DNA from: Myxococcota bacterium
GTDB lineage: Bacteria > Myxococcota > SpSt-1050
Direction: 5' to 3'
DNA length: 18,057 nucleotides
Assembly (NCBI GenBank): GCA_049969675.1
Contig: JBMFOP010000065.1
Location: 1-18,057, forward strand
A program made the translations under genes and the position numbers. Positions within the stretch are counted from its first letter, which is position 1. Every line of letters starts with the position of its first letter. Shown one piece after another: positions 1-7,806 of the stretch. A model generated the notes under the pieces. That model was not told where the DNA came from. It searched no databases and saw only the letters and a program-made list of their open reading frames with translations.

Positions 1-252
1 CCCAGGACAATCTATATGGGCATAATGCCTCTTCTCCGTCTCATACTCCGTATGGTGCACATTGATCGTCACACCCCTCGCCTTCTCCTCTGGTGCATTA
101 TCTATCTCCTCAAAATTCTTCGCCTTCGCCAGTCCCCTCGTGGCAAGTATCTTCGTAATCGCCGAGGTCAATGTGGTCTTCCCGTGGTCCACATGCCCTA
201 TCGTCCCGATATTCACGTGTGTCTTGTTCCTTACAAACTTTTCCTTTGACAT
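1..252 (-). CDS. tuf: Elongation factor Tu, 5' part (runs off the window's left edge)
   Basis: Reverse-strand translation [33 protein letters not shown]...[10 protein letters not shown] has the EF-Tu P-loop GHVDHGKT and DCPG. AGGAGG RBS at 258-263. Not in the ORF track because it is incomplete. Confidence 0.98.
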   Translation of the reverse strand, partial: MSKEKFVRNKTHVNIGTIGHVDHGKTTLTSAITKILATRGLAKAKNFEEIDNAPEEKARGVTINVHHTEYETEKRHYAHIDCPG

Positions 253-288
253 TATAGCCTCCTCATTAAAAAATTGCCTAACTTTATA

Positions 289-361
289 AGCCCACGACCA
301 GGATTGAACTGGTGACCTCATCCTTACCAAGGATGTGCTCTGCCAACTGAGCTACGTGGGC
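289..361 (-). tRNA. tRNA-Thr(GGT)
   Basis: GCCCACGTAGCTCAGTTGGCAGAGCACATCCTTGGTAAGGATGAGGTCACCAGTTCAATCCTGGTCGTGGGCT folds as a cloverleaf; anticodon GGT; no encoded CCA. Confidence 0.97.
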
Positions 362-410
362 ACCAACAAAAGATATAAAAACTCCGACTTTACGGAGGAT
401 TGTCTTAATA

Positions 411-484
411 AGCGGCAAACGGGATTCGAACCCGCGACCCGAAGCTTGGAAGGCTTCTGCTCTGGCCAGCTGAGCTATTGCCGC
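411..484 (-). tRNA. tRNA-Gly(TCC)
   Basis: GCGGCAATAGCTCAGCTGGCCAGAGCAGAAGCCTTCCAAGCTTCGGGTCGCGGGTTCGAATCCCGTTTGCCGCT; anticodon TCC. Confidence 0.97.
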
Positions 485-492
485 ATAAGAAA

Positions 493-574
<82 letters not shown>

Positions 575-585
575 AGAAACCTCAA

Positions 586-657
586 AGCCGATGAGAGGAA
601 TCGAACCTCCAACCCACTGATTACAAATCAGTTGCTCTACCTTTGAGCTACATCGGC
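586..657 (-). tRNA. tRNA-Thr(TGT)
   Basis: GCCGATGTAGCTCAAAGGTAGAGCAACTGATTTGTAATCAGTGGGTTGGAGGTTCGATTCCTCTCATCGGCT; anticodon TGT. Completes the conserved Thr-Tyr-Gly-Thr-tuf order. Confidence 0.97.
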
Positions 658-709
658 AAACATTAATCTGGCATTCAATATTCATACCAATCCCAAAAGT
701 AAGACGGCT

Positions 710-738
710 TTTATAGATATGTTTTCTGCATATGTCAA
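710..738 (-). promoter_or_regulatory. Sigma70-type promoter of the tRNA-tuf operon
   Basis: TTGACA (738-733), 17-nt spacer, TATAAA (715-710), followed by a GC-rich discriminator-like GCCGTC. Confidence 0.75.
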
Positions 739-789
739 GTAAAAAAATAGCTATAAGACAATTGCCAGAAAGAATAGAGCGATAATGTC

Positions 790-2238
790 TTACGGCTCTA
801 TATCAATATCCCCGAGCATATTCTCGTACCCATCCCCAAGAGAGAGCATCTGAACCCTTATCAAATTAGAATTCTCTATTTTGAGAATATGAATATCTGA
901 CAGGGCATTTACAAAGAAATAATCCTTAAAATCCCCTCTTTTAAGTACAGTCATTGTATCTGCAAGCGGCATAGAAGTAACTTTATTGAGTGTAACAAGG
1001 TTACCATTCTCGTGATAAAACAGTGTAGTATAATTTTTAGAGAAGTTAGTAACCACCAGATATTTATTATCAGAGGTAAAGAGTGAGGCAGATGGTTCAT
1101 TAATGTTAGACACAATCTGCTTAAGAACCAATGACGGGATATCAGTTGAATAGTCGACCTCAACTATGGATAGAGTATTACCAATTTCAGAATAAGGCGA
1201 GGAGTTTGGAACGACGAGATATCTGCCATCAGAGGTAACATCCAACCCTAAAGAATCTACAAAATCTGAAAATATATCTATCTTTGCTACAATCTCCTCT
1301 CTCTCAATATCCATAATAGCCATATCTTCCGGGTCCTTCCCTCCCACTATGATTGCGTATCTATCATCAGGGAGTATCACCATAGCCTTTGGGAGAGCCA
1401 GCATGACTTCCTTCTCATATATCCAATCCTCATTCTCCCTTTTGATAATGTGAATTCCCCCTTCCCCTTCAATATTAAAATCCACCACAAAAGCCTTTGA
1501 CCCATCTCGCTTAAATACAATATATTCGGGATTTTCCCCTGAGAATTCAGCAAATTCTTTTAGCACCTGAAACCTACCCTGTAAATCTTTCTTTAAGACC
1601 ACCACCGACTGTGTCCCCGCCTGTGGATTGTGGTTGTTGTTTAATATTACAAATAAAAATTTTCCATCGGGAGAGAATCTGACTTTTACAGGACAATCAC
1701 CAATATCCATCCTCATATCGGTTCTTGAGAGCAGACCATCTTTTGAGAAGAGTAGAAATTCAATATCTCTCCCACAGGTTGACCCATCCAGACCGAAGGG
1801 ATGACTTACCACCACATATCTGTCATAATCTTCAATCGGACCCACATCGGGAATCTCCGTGTTGTCCTCAAATCCCATATCAATATCTCCGGTATCCAGA
1901 AATGGGCTATCAGAAAGGTCTTCATAAGATATATCCTCATCTGAATTTACATCCTCAACTATATCCTGTTCCACATCTAAAGAGATATCCTGTGTTAAAT
2001 CAGAGACATCAAGGAGATCTTCATAACCCACATCCAGAATATCCTCAATTATGATATCCTCTGCATCAGAGAGAAGGGCATCATAAATCTCTACATCCAT
2101 TACAATTGATATATCTTCATTTGCATCTATAGCATCGTTTTTTGATGACTCATCTGCGACACAGGCTACAAATTGAATGAATAGAAGTGCGAGCGATAAA
2201 ACCCCAACGACTCTTAATAAGTTCATTCTACACCTCAT
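790..2238 (-). CDS. Putative lipoprotein with acidic low-complexity linker and C-terminal beta-propeller (lactonase/YVTN-like) domain
   Basis: ORF 790..2319; likely start ATG 2238 (AGGA upstream). Signal peptide ends in a lipobox-like FVAC, then ~100 aa D/E-rich, then repeated blade motifs (FSPDGKFLFV, FKRDGSKAFV, ILPDDRYAII, VTSDGRYLVV, FTSDNKYLVV). Confidence 0.8.
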   Translation of the reverse strand: MRCRMNLLRVVGVLSLALLFIQFVACVADESSKNDAIDANEDISIVMDVEIYDALLSDAEDIIIEDILDVGYEDLLDVSDLTQDISLDVEQDIVEDVNSDEDISYEDLSDSPFLDTGDIDMGFEDNTEIPDVGPIEDYDRYVVVSHPFGLDGSTCGRDIEFLLFSKDGLLSRTDMRMDIGDCPVKVRFSPDGKFLFVILNNNHNPQAGTQSVVVLKKDLQGRFQVLKEFAEFSGENPEYIVFKRDGSKAFVVDFNIEGEGGIHIIKRENEDWIYEKEVMLALPKAMVILPDDRYAIIVGGKDPEDMAIMDIEREEIVAKIDIFSDFVDSLGLDVTSDGRYLVVPNSSPYSEIGNTLSIVEVDYSTDIPSLVLKQIVSNINEPSASLFTSDNKYLVVTNFSKNYTTLFYHENGNLVTLNKVTSMPLADTMTVLKRGDFKDYFFVNALSDIHILKIENSNLIRVQMLSLGDGYENMLGDIDIEP

Positions 2239-2346
2239 TGTTTTTCCTATCATCAGGTTTAATAAAGACGATAACCCTACAAAAAAGGAGTACAAAGAAA
2301 ACACTCTTATTATCAACATTACTTTCCTGAAAGGGCACCAGATAAT

Positions 2347-2419
2347 CGTCCCCAGCGGGATTCGAACCCGCGTTACCGGCGTGAAAGGCCGATGTCCTGG
2401 GCCTCTAGACGATGGGGAC
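2347..2419 (-). tRNA. tRNA-Glu(TTC)
   Basis: GTCCCCATCGTCTAGAGGCCCAGGACATCGGCCTTTCACGCCGGTAACGCGGGTTCGAATCCCGCTGGGGACG; anticodon TTC. Confidence 0.97.
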
Positions 2420-2424
2420 AGATA

Positions 2425-2497
2425 TGAGCCGCGCGGGGTTCGAACCCACGACCCTCGGCTTAAAAGGCCGATGCTCTACCTGCTGAGCTAGCGGCTC
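2425..2497 (-). tRNA. tRNA-Lys(TTT)
   Basis: GAGCCGCTAGCTCAGCAGGTAGAGCATCGGCCTTTTAAGCCGAGGGTCGTGGGTTCGAACCCCGCGCGGCTCA; anticodon TTT. Confidence 0.97.
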
Positions 2498-2509
2498 AAA
2501 AGAGGCAGT

Positions 2510-2539
2510 ATTCTTAAATTAGCAAATAGTGTTTGTCAA
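2510..2539 (-). promoter_or_regulatory. Probable sigma70 promoter for tRNA-Lys/tRNA-Glu
   Basis: TTGACA (2539-2534), 18-nt spacer, AAGAAT (2515-2510), immediately upstream of tRNA-Lys. Confidence 0.55.
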
Positions 2540-2759
2540 GTATAAAACTTGTAAATTCTGGCAACACCTCAAACTCTTCATAAATCCTCAGCAAATTTAA
2601 GAGATAAGTAGTTTTACCTGTTTTTTGAACATATTCTCTGGCAGTGTATCACAGGTTTTAACCTGCGAGAAATAAATAAAAATATCCAATCTTGTATATT
2701 ACAACTACAATCACTTAACAATAAACTTTAAACTTTGTCAATGGACTATAGACTGGGGA

Positions 2760-3545
2760 CTATGGAATACTTTGTCCATTGCTTATTCTAATTGTATATG
2801 TATCACATTGATAGGGTGCACCCTGCTTTCTATATACTCTGATGAAATATATCTTAGAATTATCATTGCAACAATTGGTAGTAAAATTATTTGTTATACA
2901 ACTTGTCGTGCATGGATTCTCCCCTTCAAAAGGTCCACCAGGAACCACATCTGCTCTAAAATCCGTCTTCCATTCAAAGACGGTATCATTGATACATTTG
3001 ACATTTGAATTACTACAATCGGTCTCCCTTATCTCTATCAGGTATGCATCGTTTGGATTATTTATAAAATATACAGCGAAATGGAAGTTATCACCACCGT
3101 TATTTCTATCAGCAGCAATATCATCGCGTGCTACAACCCTGTACCAGTCTTCATCATCATATGGAATAATCTTCCCGGTAATATCCACATATGTCTTTTC
3201 ACTATCTACAAATTCACTCTGGATGGCAAGGGCGCCTTCACAACTATTTCCAACACCCTGAATATCATTTGAATCTGCCTGACACTCACAACCGGTTGAA
3301 TAATCCTGATCTACATCATAATATCCACTTACACATACATCTATCTTACACTGTCCATTTTCGCATCTTGAAGTTGCAAATGGTACAGATGGACACAACA
3401 CATTTATTGAGCCTTCATCTGTCAACCCATTACAATCGTTATCCTTTCCATCGCATATCTCTTTTGGGTCAGAGGTCTTTACACAATTGTATTCACAGCC
3501 ATTAGAATTATCCGGGGCATTCAGGTCACCATACAGTACTGCACC
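2760..3545 (-). pseudogene. 3' part of a Cys-rich surface protein (EICDGxDNDCNG metal-binding motif plus PPC-like C-terminal domain), out of frame with its 5' part
   Basis: The frame of ORF 2760..3425 stays open up to 3545 and reads YGDLNAPDNSNGCEYNCVKTSDPKEICDGKDNDCNGLTDEG, so the listed TTG start lies inside a motif. No start, RBS or signal peptide of its own. Confidence 0.7.
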
Positions 3546-4204
3546 TCAACATCTATTGAAGAGCCGGCCTTTATTGTGCCGGGGATAGAAATTGGGATAC
3601 TGAGTGTAAATCGGGGATTTTGAGGGGGTTCTGGATTTGTGCCGCTCTCAAAATCAATCATTGATATTCTGAGATCGGCAGACCCTACATTCTGAATCTT
3701 AAATGTCCGTTTTGCACACTGACCATAGAAGACAGCGCCAAAATTAATCACCTGCGGGTCCACAAATAGTATCGGTCTGCTCTTATCCACACATTGATGC
3801 AAATTCAGATCACATATCTTGTTTTCATCATTACAATCCTTATCTTCATTACAATAATATGAAATATCAGTCGGCTCTACATCCCTCCCACCATCAAAAG
3901 AAGAGACATCAACTACTTTGACACACTTTCCATTCACACATTCGGTATCTGGCTCTGTACAGTCCAGATTGTTCTTACATATCTCTCCACCATCAGGTCT
4001 TGAGGGGACACATACCTTCTTGATTGGGTCACACTCATATCCGCTCTTACATTGTGCGCTATTGGTGCATTTTTGAACAGAGACATCAGGGAGATTTTGA
4101 ACATCCTCATCTTGATTGTTTGAGGCGCTGTCACTGCATTTCAAAAAAAGGAATAAAAATAATGCAACCAGAGAGATTAAGAGTAGATTTTTTATAATCT
4201 TCAT
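3521..4204 (-). pseudogene. 5' part of a Cys-rich lipoprotein (three 4-Cys modules plus truncated Ig-like ASH/choice-of-anchor-D-type domain)
   Basis: GGAGGG RBS at 4220-4215; signal peptide with FLKC lipobox; CxxxxxC..C..CV modules; Ig-like segment VDPQVINFGAV...IQNVGSADLRI...VEVQYC ends abruptly at TGA 3523-3521, overlapping the downstream frame. Confidence 0.7.
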
Positions 4205-4232
4205 CTATTAAATACCCTCCTTGATATTTATG

Positions 4233-5360
4233 TCAACCACCATTATTCACCTTCAAGGTATAATTATTGCAACTCGGCGTGGCACCAGGTCTTCTATAGA
4301 CTTTTATATAATAGGTTGCTGTATAATTATGACAACAATTGGTGACAAAGTTATTACTCACACAACTCGCTGTACAGGGGTTCTCTCCTTCATTCTTCCC
4401 ATTCCCATCCACATCCTGGCTGAAATTTACTGTAAACTCATATTTTACATCATCGGAACAGACTTTATTATTATTATCTACAACATTTTTATATACCTCA
4501 ATCTGAAATTCACAGGTGTCTGGGGTTGCTGGATTACATCCATCTATCTCCACAACAAAGTCAAAATTGTTATAACCATTGGTTGCCACATCCACCGCAA
4601 CCACCTTATACCAATCCACATCATCTGATGGGACAATATTTTTGCCGGTCACCTCTATATACTGTTTTGATGAATCCTCAAGCGTGCCAAGGTCAATAGC
4701 GGTATCCCAGGTGTTCCCATCATTAATGATATCATTGTCATCCTGTCTGCACTCACATCCATCGGCATAGTTGCCATTAATATCGTAATATGTGCTGTTA
4801 CACCCTGTAATTGCACAGGTTGAACTCTGACAGGCGACAGAGGAGGCATTTGGCGGTATATTACAGATATTCCCACAACTCCCACAGTTATTTACATCAT
4901 TGGTAATATTCGTCTCACACCCATCTAAATATCCATTTTTACAATCTCTATAGCCAATATTGCAAGATGCTATATCACAACTGCTGTTCTCGCACTTTGC
5001 CGTTCCGTTTGCAACAGTACATTTATTGCCACAATTTCCACAATTATTAATATCATTGCTTGAATCAATCTCACATCCATCAACTGGATTACCATTGCAG
5101 TCTCTGTATGTCCCGATGCAGTAATCAATTGCACAACTCTTATTGACACACTTTGGCTGGGCATTGGGAAGATTACATACATAACCACAGAAGCCGCAGT
5201 TATTCACATTGCTGGCAATATTTATCTCACAACCATCTGATACCAGTCCATTACAATCTCTATAATCCCCGATACAACTCTCAATAGCACACCCTCCAGA
5301 GACACATTTAGAATTTGCATTGGTTATATTGCAGATATATCCACAATCCCCACAATTATT
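4233..5360 (-). pseudogene. 5'-truncated Cys-rich repeat protein (four ~52-aa NNCGxCGxxC repeats plus PPC-like C-terminal domain)
   Basis: The frame of ORF 4233..5207 extends to 5360 with another full repeat (NNCGDCGYICNITNANSKCVSGGCAIESCIGDYRDCNGLVSDGCEINIASNV). An in-frame TGA precedes it at 5363-5361; no signal peptide or RBS. Confidence 0.7.
4750..5360 (-). repeat. Coding tandem repeat, 156-bp period (52 aa, Stig1-like NNCGxCGxxC...YRDCNG...DGCE)
   Basis: NNCG units start at 5360, 5204, 5048 and 4892, exactly 156 nt apart. Confidence 0.9.
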
Positions 5361-5404
5361 TCATTTGCAAATAATAAATTTCTGCCCGTGTTTTACAAAT
5401 TATT

Positions 5405-6811
5405 TTATATTGATACCTTATGAATCGCCATCTGCTCAATATCCCTCATCGCCTCACCTACTGACTCTGAAATGGTTGGATGTGGCCAGATAAGGTCGTG
5501 AATATTTTTATATGTCATCCCCTCTTTTATAGCCATTGTAAGCGCCGTTACCATCTCAGAGGCAGATTCACAGAGAATTGTCCCACCCACAATTCTGCCA
5601 CTTTCTTTCTCTGCAATAATCTTTACAAACCCCTCTGTGGCATTTTTTGCCATCGCCATACCGTTTGAGGCAACAAAGAATCTGCCGGTCTTGATTTCAA
5701 TCCCCTTCTCCTTAGCCCTCTCTTCTGACATACCTACTGATGCAACCTCTGGCTGGGTATATATTACCGCCGGGACTGCACTATAATCTGCTTTGCGACT
5801 TCTACCCAGAATATTATCAACCGCCACCTCTCCGTCATAATGTGCCTTATGAGCGAGCATTATACCGCCAATTACATCGCCAGCTGCATAGATATTTGAA
5901 ATCCTTGTTCTAAGAGATTCATCAACCATTACAAATCCTCTCTCATTAATCAACTGCCTTTTTAAATCATCTGAGATATTTATCACCGGCCTTCTACCTG
6001 CTGCAACAAGGACCTTCTCCACCGAGAGACTCTTACCATTACTTAATTTCACCTGAACAGATTCATTGGAGATCTTAAACTCATCTATCTTCACATCGGT
6101 ATTGACATCAACTCCAAGTGATTTCAATCTGTTCTGAATAACTCTGGATACCATCACATCCTCAGTAGCAATAATTCGTTTTAATATCTCTGAAAGATAA
6201 ACCTTTACCCCGAATGTCGCCATTATCATAGCAAACTCCACACCAATCACACCACCCCCTACAATCAGGAGTGATTCGGGAAGACTCGTAAGTGAGAGCA
6301 TATCAGTTGAATCCAGCACATATTTATGGTCAATATCCACTCCCCTTATACTGGCTGGTTCACTCCCTGTTGCAATGAGGAGATTCTTGAAATTAATCTC
6401 TCTCTTCTCTCCAGAATTTTTTACAGATAGAATCAGCCTATTATCTGATTCAATAAAGGCATCGCCCTCCAGAAGCTCAATCTTATTTCCCCTGATCAGC
6501 TGTTTTATTCCTTCTACCTGTTTTTTGATTATCGCCTCTTTTCTCTCATATAGTTTCTGAAAATTAATTGAAAAATTAGACTTTTCAGATTCAATACAGA
6601 AGGCTTTTGATTCTCGCATCTTCATCAGGAGTTCAGCGGATGCACAATAGGTCTTGGTAGGGATACACCCTCTATTGAGACAGGTCCCACCAGGAGAGTC
6701 CCTCTCAATTAATGCCACACCCATCCCTTTCTTCGCTGCATATATTGCCGCTGAATAACCCGCGGGACCGCCACCCACAACACAGAGTTCATACAACTTT
6801 TCAGAATTCAT
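5405..6811 (-). CDS. lpdA: Dihydrolipoyl dehydrogenase (E3)
   Basis: GGGPAG FAD motif, redox disulfide GGTCLNRGCIPTK, GGGVIG NAD motif, GDVIGGIMLAHKA, C-terminal HPTISE; AGGAGG RBS. Confidence 0.95.
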   Translation of the reverse strand: MNSEKLYELCVVGGGPAGYSAAIYAAKKGMGVALIERDSPGGTCLNRGCIPTKTYCASAELLMKMRESKAFCIESEKSNFSINFQKLYERKEAIIKKQVEGIKQLIRGNKIELLEGDAFIESDNRLILSVKNSGEKREINFKNLLIATGSEPASIRGVDIDHKYVLDSTDMLSLTSLPESLLIVGGGVIGVEFAMIMATFGVKVYLSEILKRIIATEDVMVSRVIQNRLKSLGVDVNTDVKIDEFKISNESVQVKLSNGKSLSVEKVLVAAGRRPVINISDDLKRQLINERGFVMVDESLRTRISNIYAAGDVIGGIMLAHKAHYDGEVAVDNILGRSRKADYSAVPAVIYTQPEVASVGMSEERAKEKGIEIKTGRFFVASNGMAMAKNATEGFVKIIAEKESGRIVGGTILCESASEMVTALTMAIKEGMTYKNIHDLIWPHPTISESVGEAMRDIEQMAIHKVSI

Positions 6812-6835
6812 AAAGACCTCCTTAAAAAGGGGGAA

Positions 6836-6864
6836 GAGATATGAGGTTAATCACCTCATATTTC
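6836..6864. promoter_or_regulatory. Palindrome/hairpin in the lpdA upstream region
   Basis: ATATGAGGT-taatc-ACCTCATAT perfect 9-bp inverted repeat, extendable to 12 bp with one G.T pair, about 25 nt upstream of the lpdA start. Confidence 0.5.
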
Positions 6865-7060
6865 AATATTTTTCATCTATTTCAAATATCGCCTGCTGTC
6901 AAAGAAAAGAAGGAGAGATTAATTTCAAGTTCACAAAAGAGAGATACAAATCCACGGTTAAGATAATGCCAGTGGATAAAAAGGTGCAACAGGGAATAGG
7001 GAAGTATCCATACTCAATAATACACAACTCAATAAAATTTTTTTATCTATGACCCAAAAG

Positions 7061-7119
7061 CACCGCTGTCCAGAATAATCTGCCTTGAGAGGTTAAATAT
7101 CTATAAGATAAGGATTTTG
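7061..7119 (+). repeat. Dispersed repeat family 1, copy A (IS/MITE-end-like)
   Basis: CACCGCTGTCCAGAATAATCTGCCTTGAGAGGTTAA...; 48/59 identical to 10638-10696 by manual alignment. Confidence 0.85.
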
Positions 7120-7413
7120 GACGGGTAAATCTATACTTGCAAAATCAGATTACCTCCTTTTCTTCACAAACCCTTAAAATGTTGTTCAACTTAAGTAAGG
7201 GTCAATAATCATTAGCCTCTATAATTGTTACATCTGGCACAATTGGTGGTGTCTATAAGAATTTATTCATCCCCCAAAATTCTTATATGCTAAACTCTGT
7301 TTGAAATTTGTTGCTACAAATTGCCCCCAGCAACTAAAATCACCCTGCTCCCTTATCAGCCCTCGTCTCCTATAATACTTTGTAAAAGTCATTCTTAGGA
7401 AATATATGTAGAA

Positions 7414-7591
7414 TGTGCCCCATCAATTAAAATTTTGCTTTACTAATTGCGAGGAGTTGTGTTTTTCACCAACCAAAAGTTTGTTTCACCAACCACAAAG
7501 TGGTTTGTTTCACCAACCACAAAGTGGTTTGTTTCACCAACCACAGAGTAGTTTGCTCTGCCAATTAAAAATTTCCTACGACAACTAAAAG
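7414..7591 (+). repeat. Non-coding tandem array of 20/24-bp units
   Basis: TTTCACCAACCA at 7464, 7484, 7508 and 7532; two identical 24-mers TTTGTTTCACCAACCACAAAGTGG (7480, 7504); degenerate flanking 20-mers ending CAAYTAAAA. Confidence 0.85.
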
Positions 7592-7731
7592 TATGTCAAA
7601 AAGATAATTCATTTACTTCCTGTTGAGGGATGTTTTGGTAGAAGGTGTGTATATTTACAGAGGGCCTGCTTTCAGTGTTTTTGTTTTGTAATAATAATTC
7701 TACCCTTGCAAGATTTTCTTATCCAAAAAAT

Positions 7732-7750
7732 TTATTCTGGACAGGATGTG
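7732..7750 (-). repeat. Dispersed repeat family 1, short inverted copy D
   Basis: Reverse complement CACATCCTGTCCAGAATAA shares the 13-mer CTGTCCAGAATAA with copies A and C. Confidence 0.65.
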
Positions 7751-7806
7751 ATTTAGACTTTGATTATTTATAAAAACTCTGGTAAGTTTACTATGGGAGG
7801 TTGGTT

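Noticed and set aside
2239..2319. Longer N-terminus of ORF 790..2319
   Set aside because: Would place an extra hydrophobic segment before a normal lipoprotein signal; ATG 2238 has an AGGA RBS.
2177..2491. 104-aa + strand ORF
   Set aside because: Antisense to tRNA-Glu/Lys and the lipoprotein start; no recognisable product.
2590..2646. Possible very degenerate minus-strand copy of repeat family 1 (CACTGCCAGAGAATA...AGGTAAAACTACTTAT)
   Set aside because: Needs gaps and has low identity in AT-rich DNA; cannot be separated from chance by eye.
6874..6902. TTGACA upstream of lpdA as its promoter
   Set aside because: No convincing -10 hexamer at 16-18 nt spacing.
6950..6979. ATCCAC...GTGGATAA as DnaA boxes or a replication origin
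   Set aside because: Only one 8/9 match, no box cluster and no dnaA/gidA context.
7358..7396. Weak similarity to family 2 (AGCCCT...AATACTTTGTAAAA)
   Set aside because: Short, gapped, AT-rich match.
7460..7551. CRISPR array
   Set aside because: Units are directly tandem with no unique spacers and no cas genes are present.
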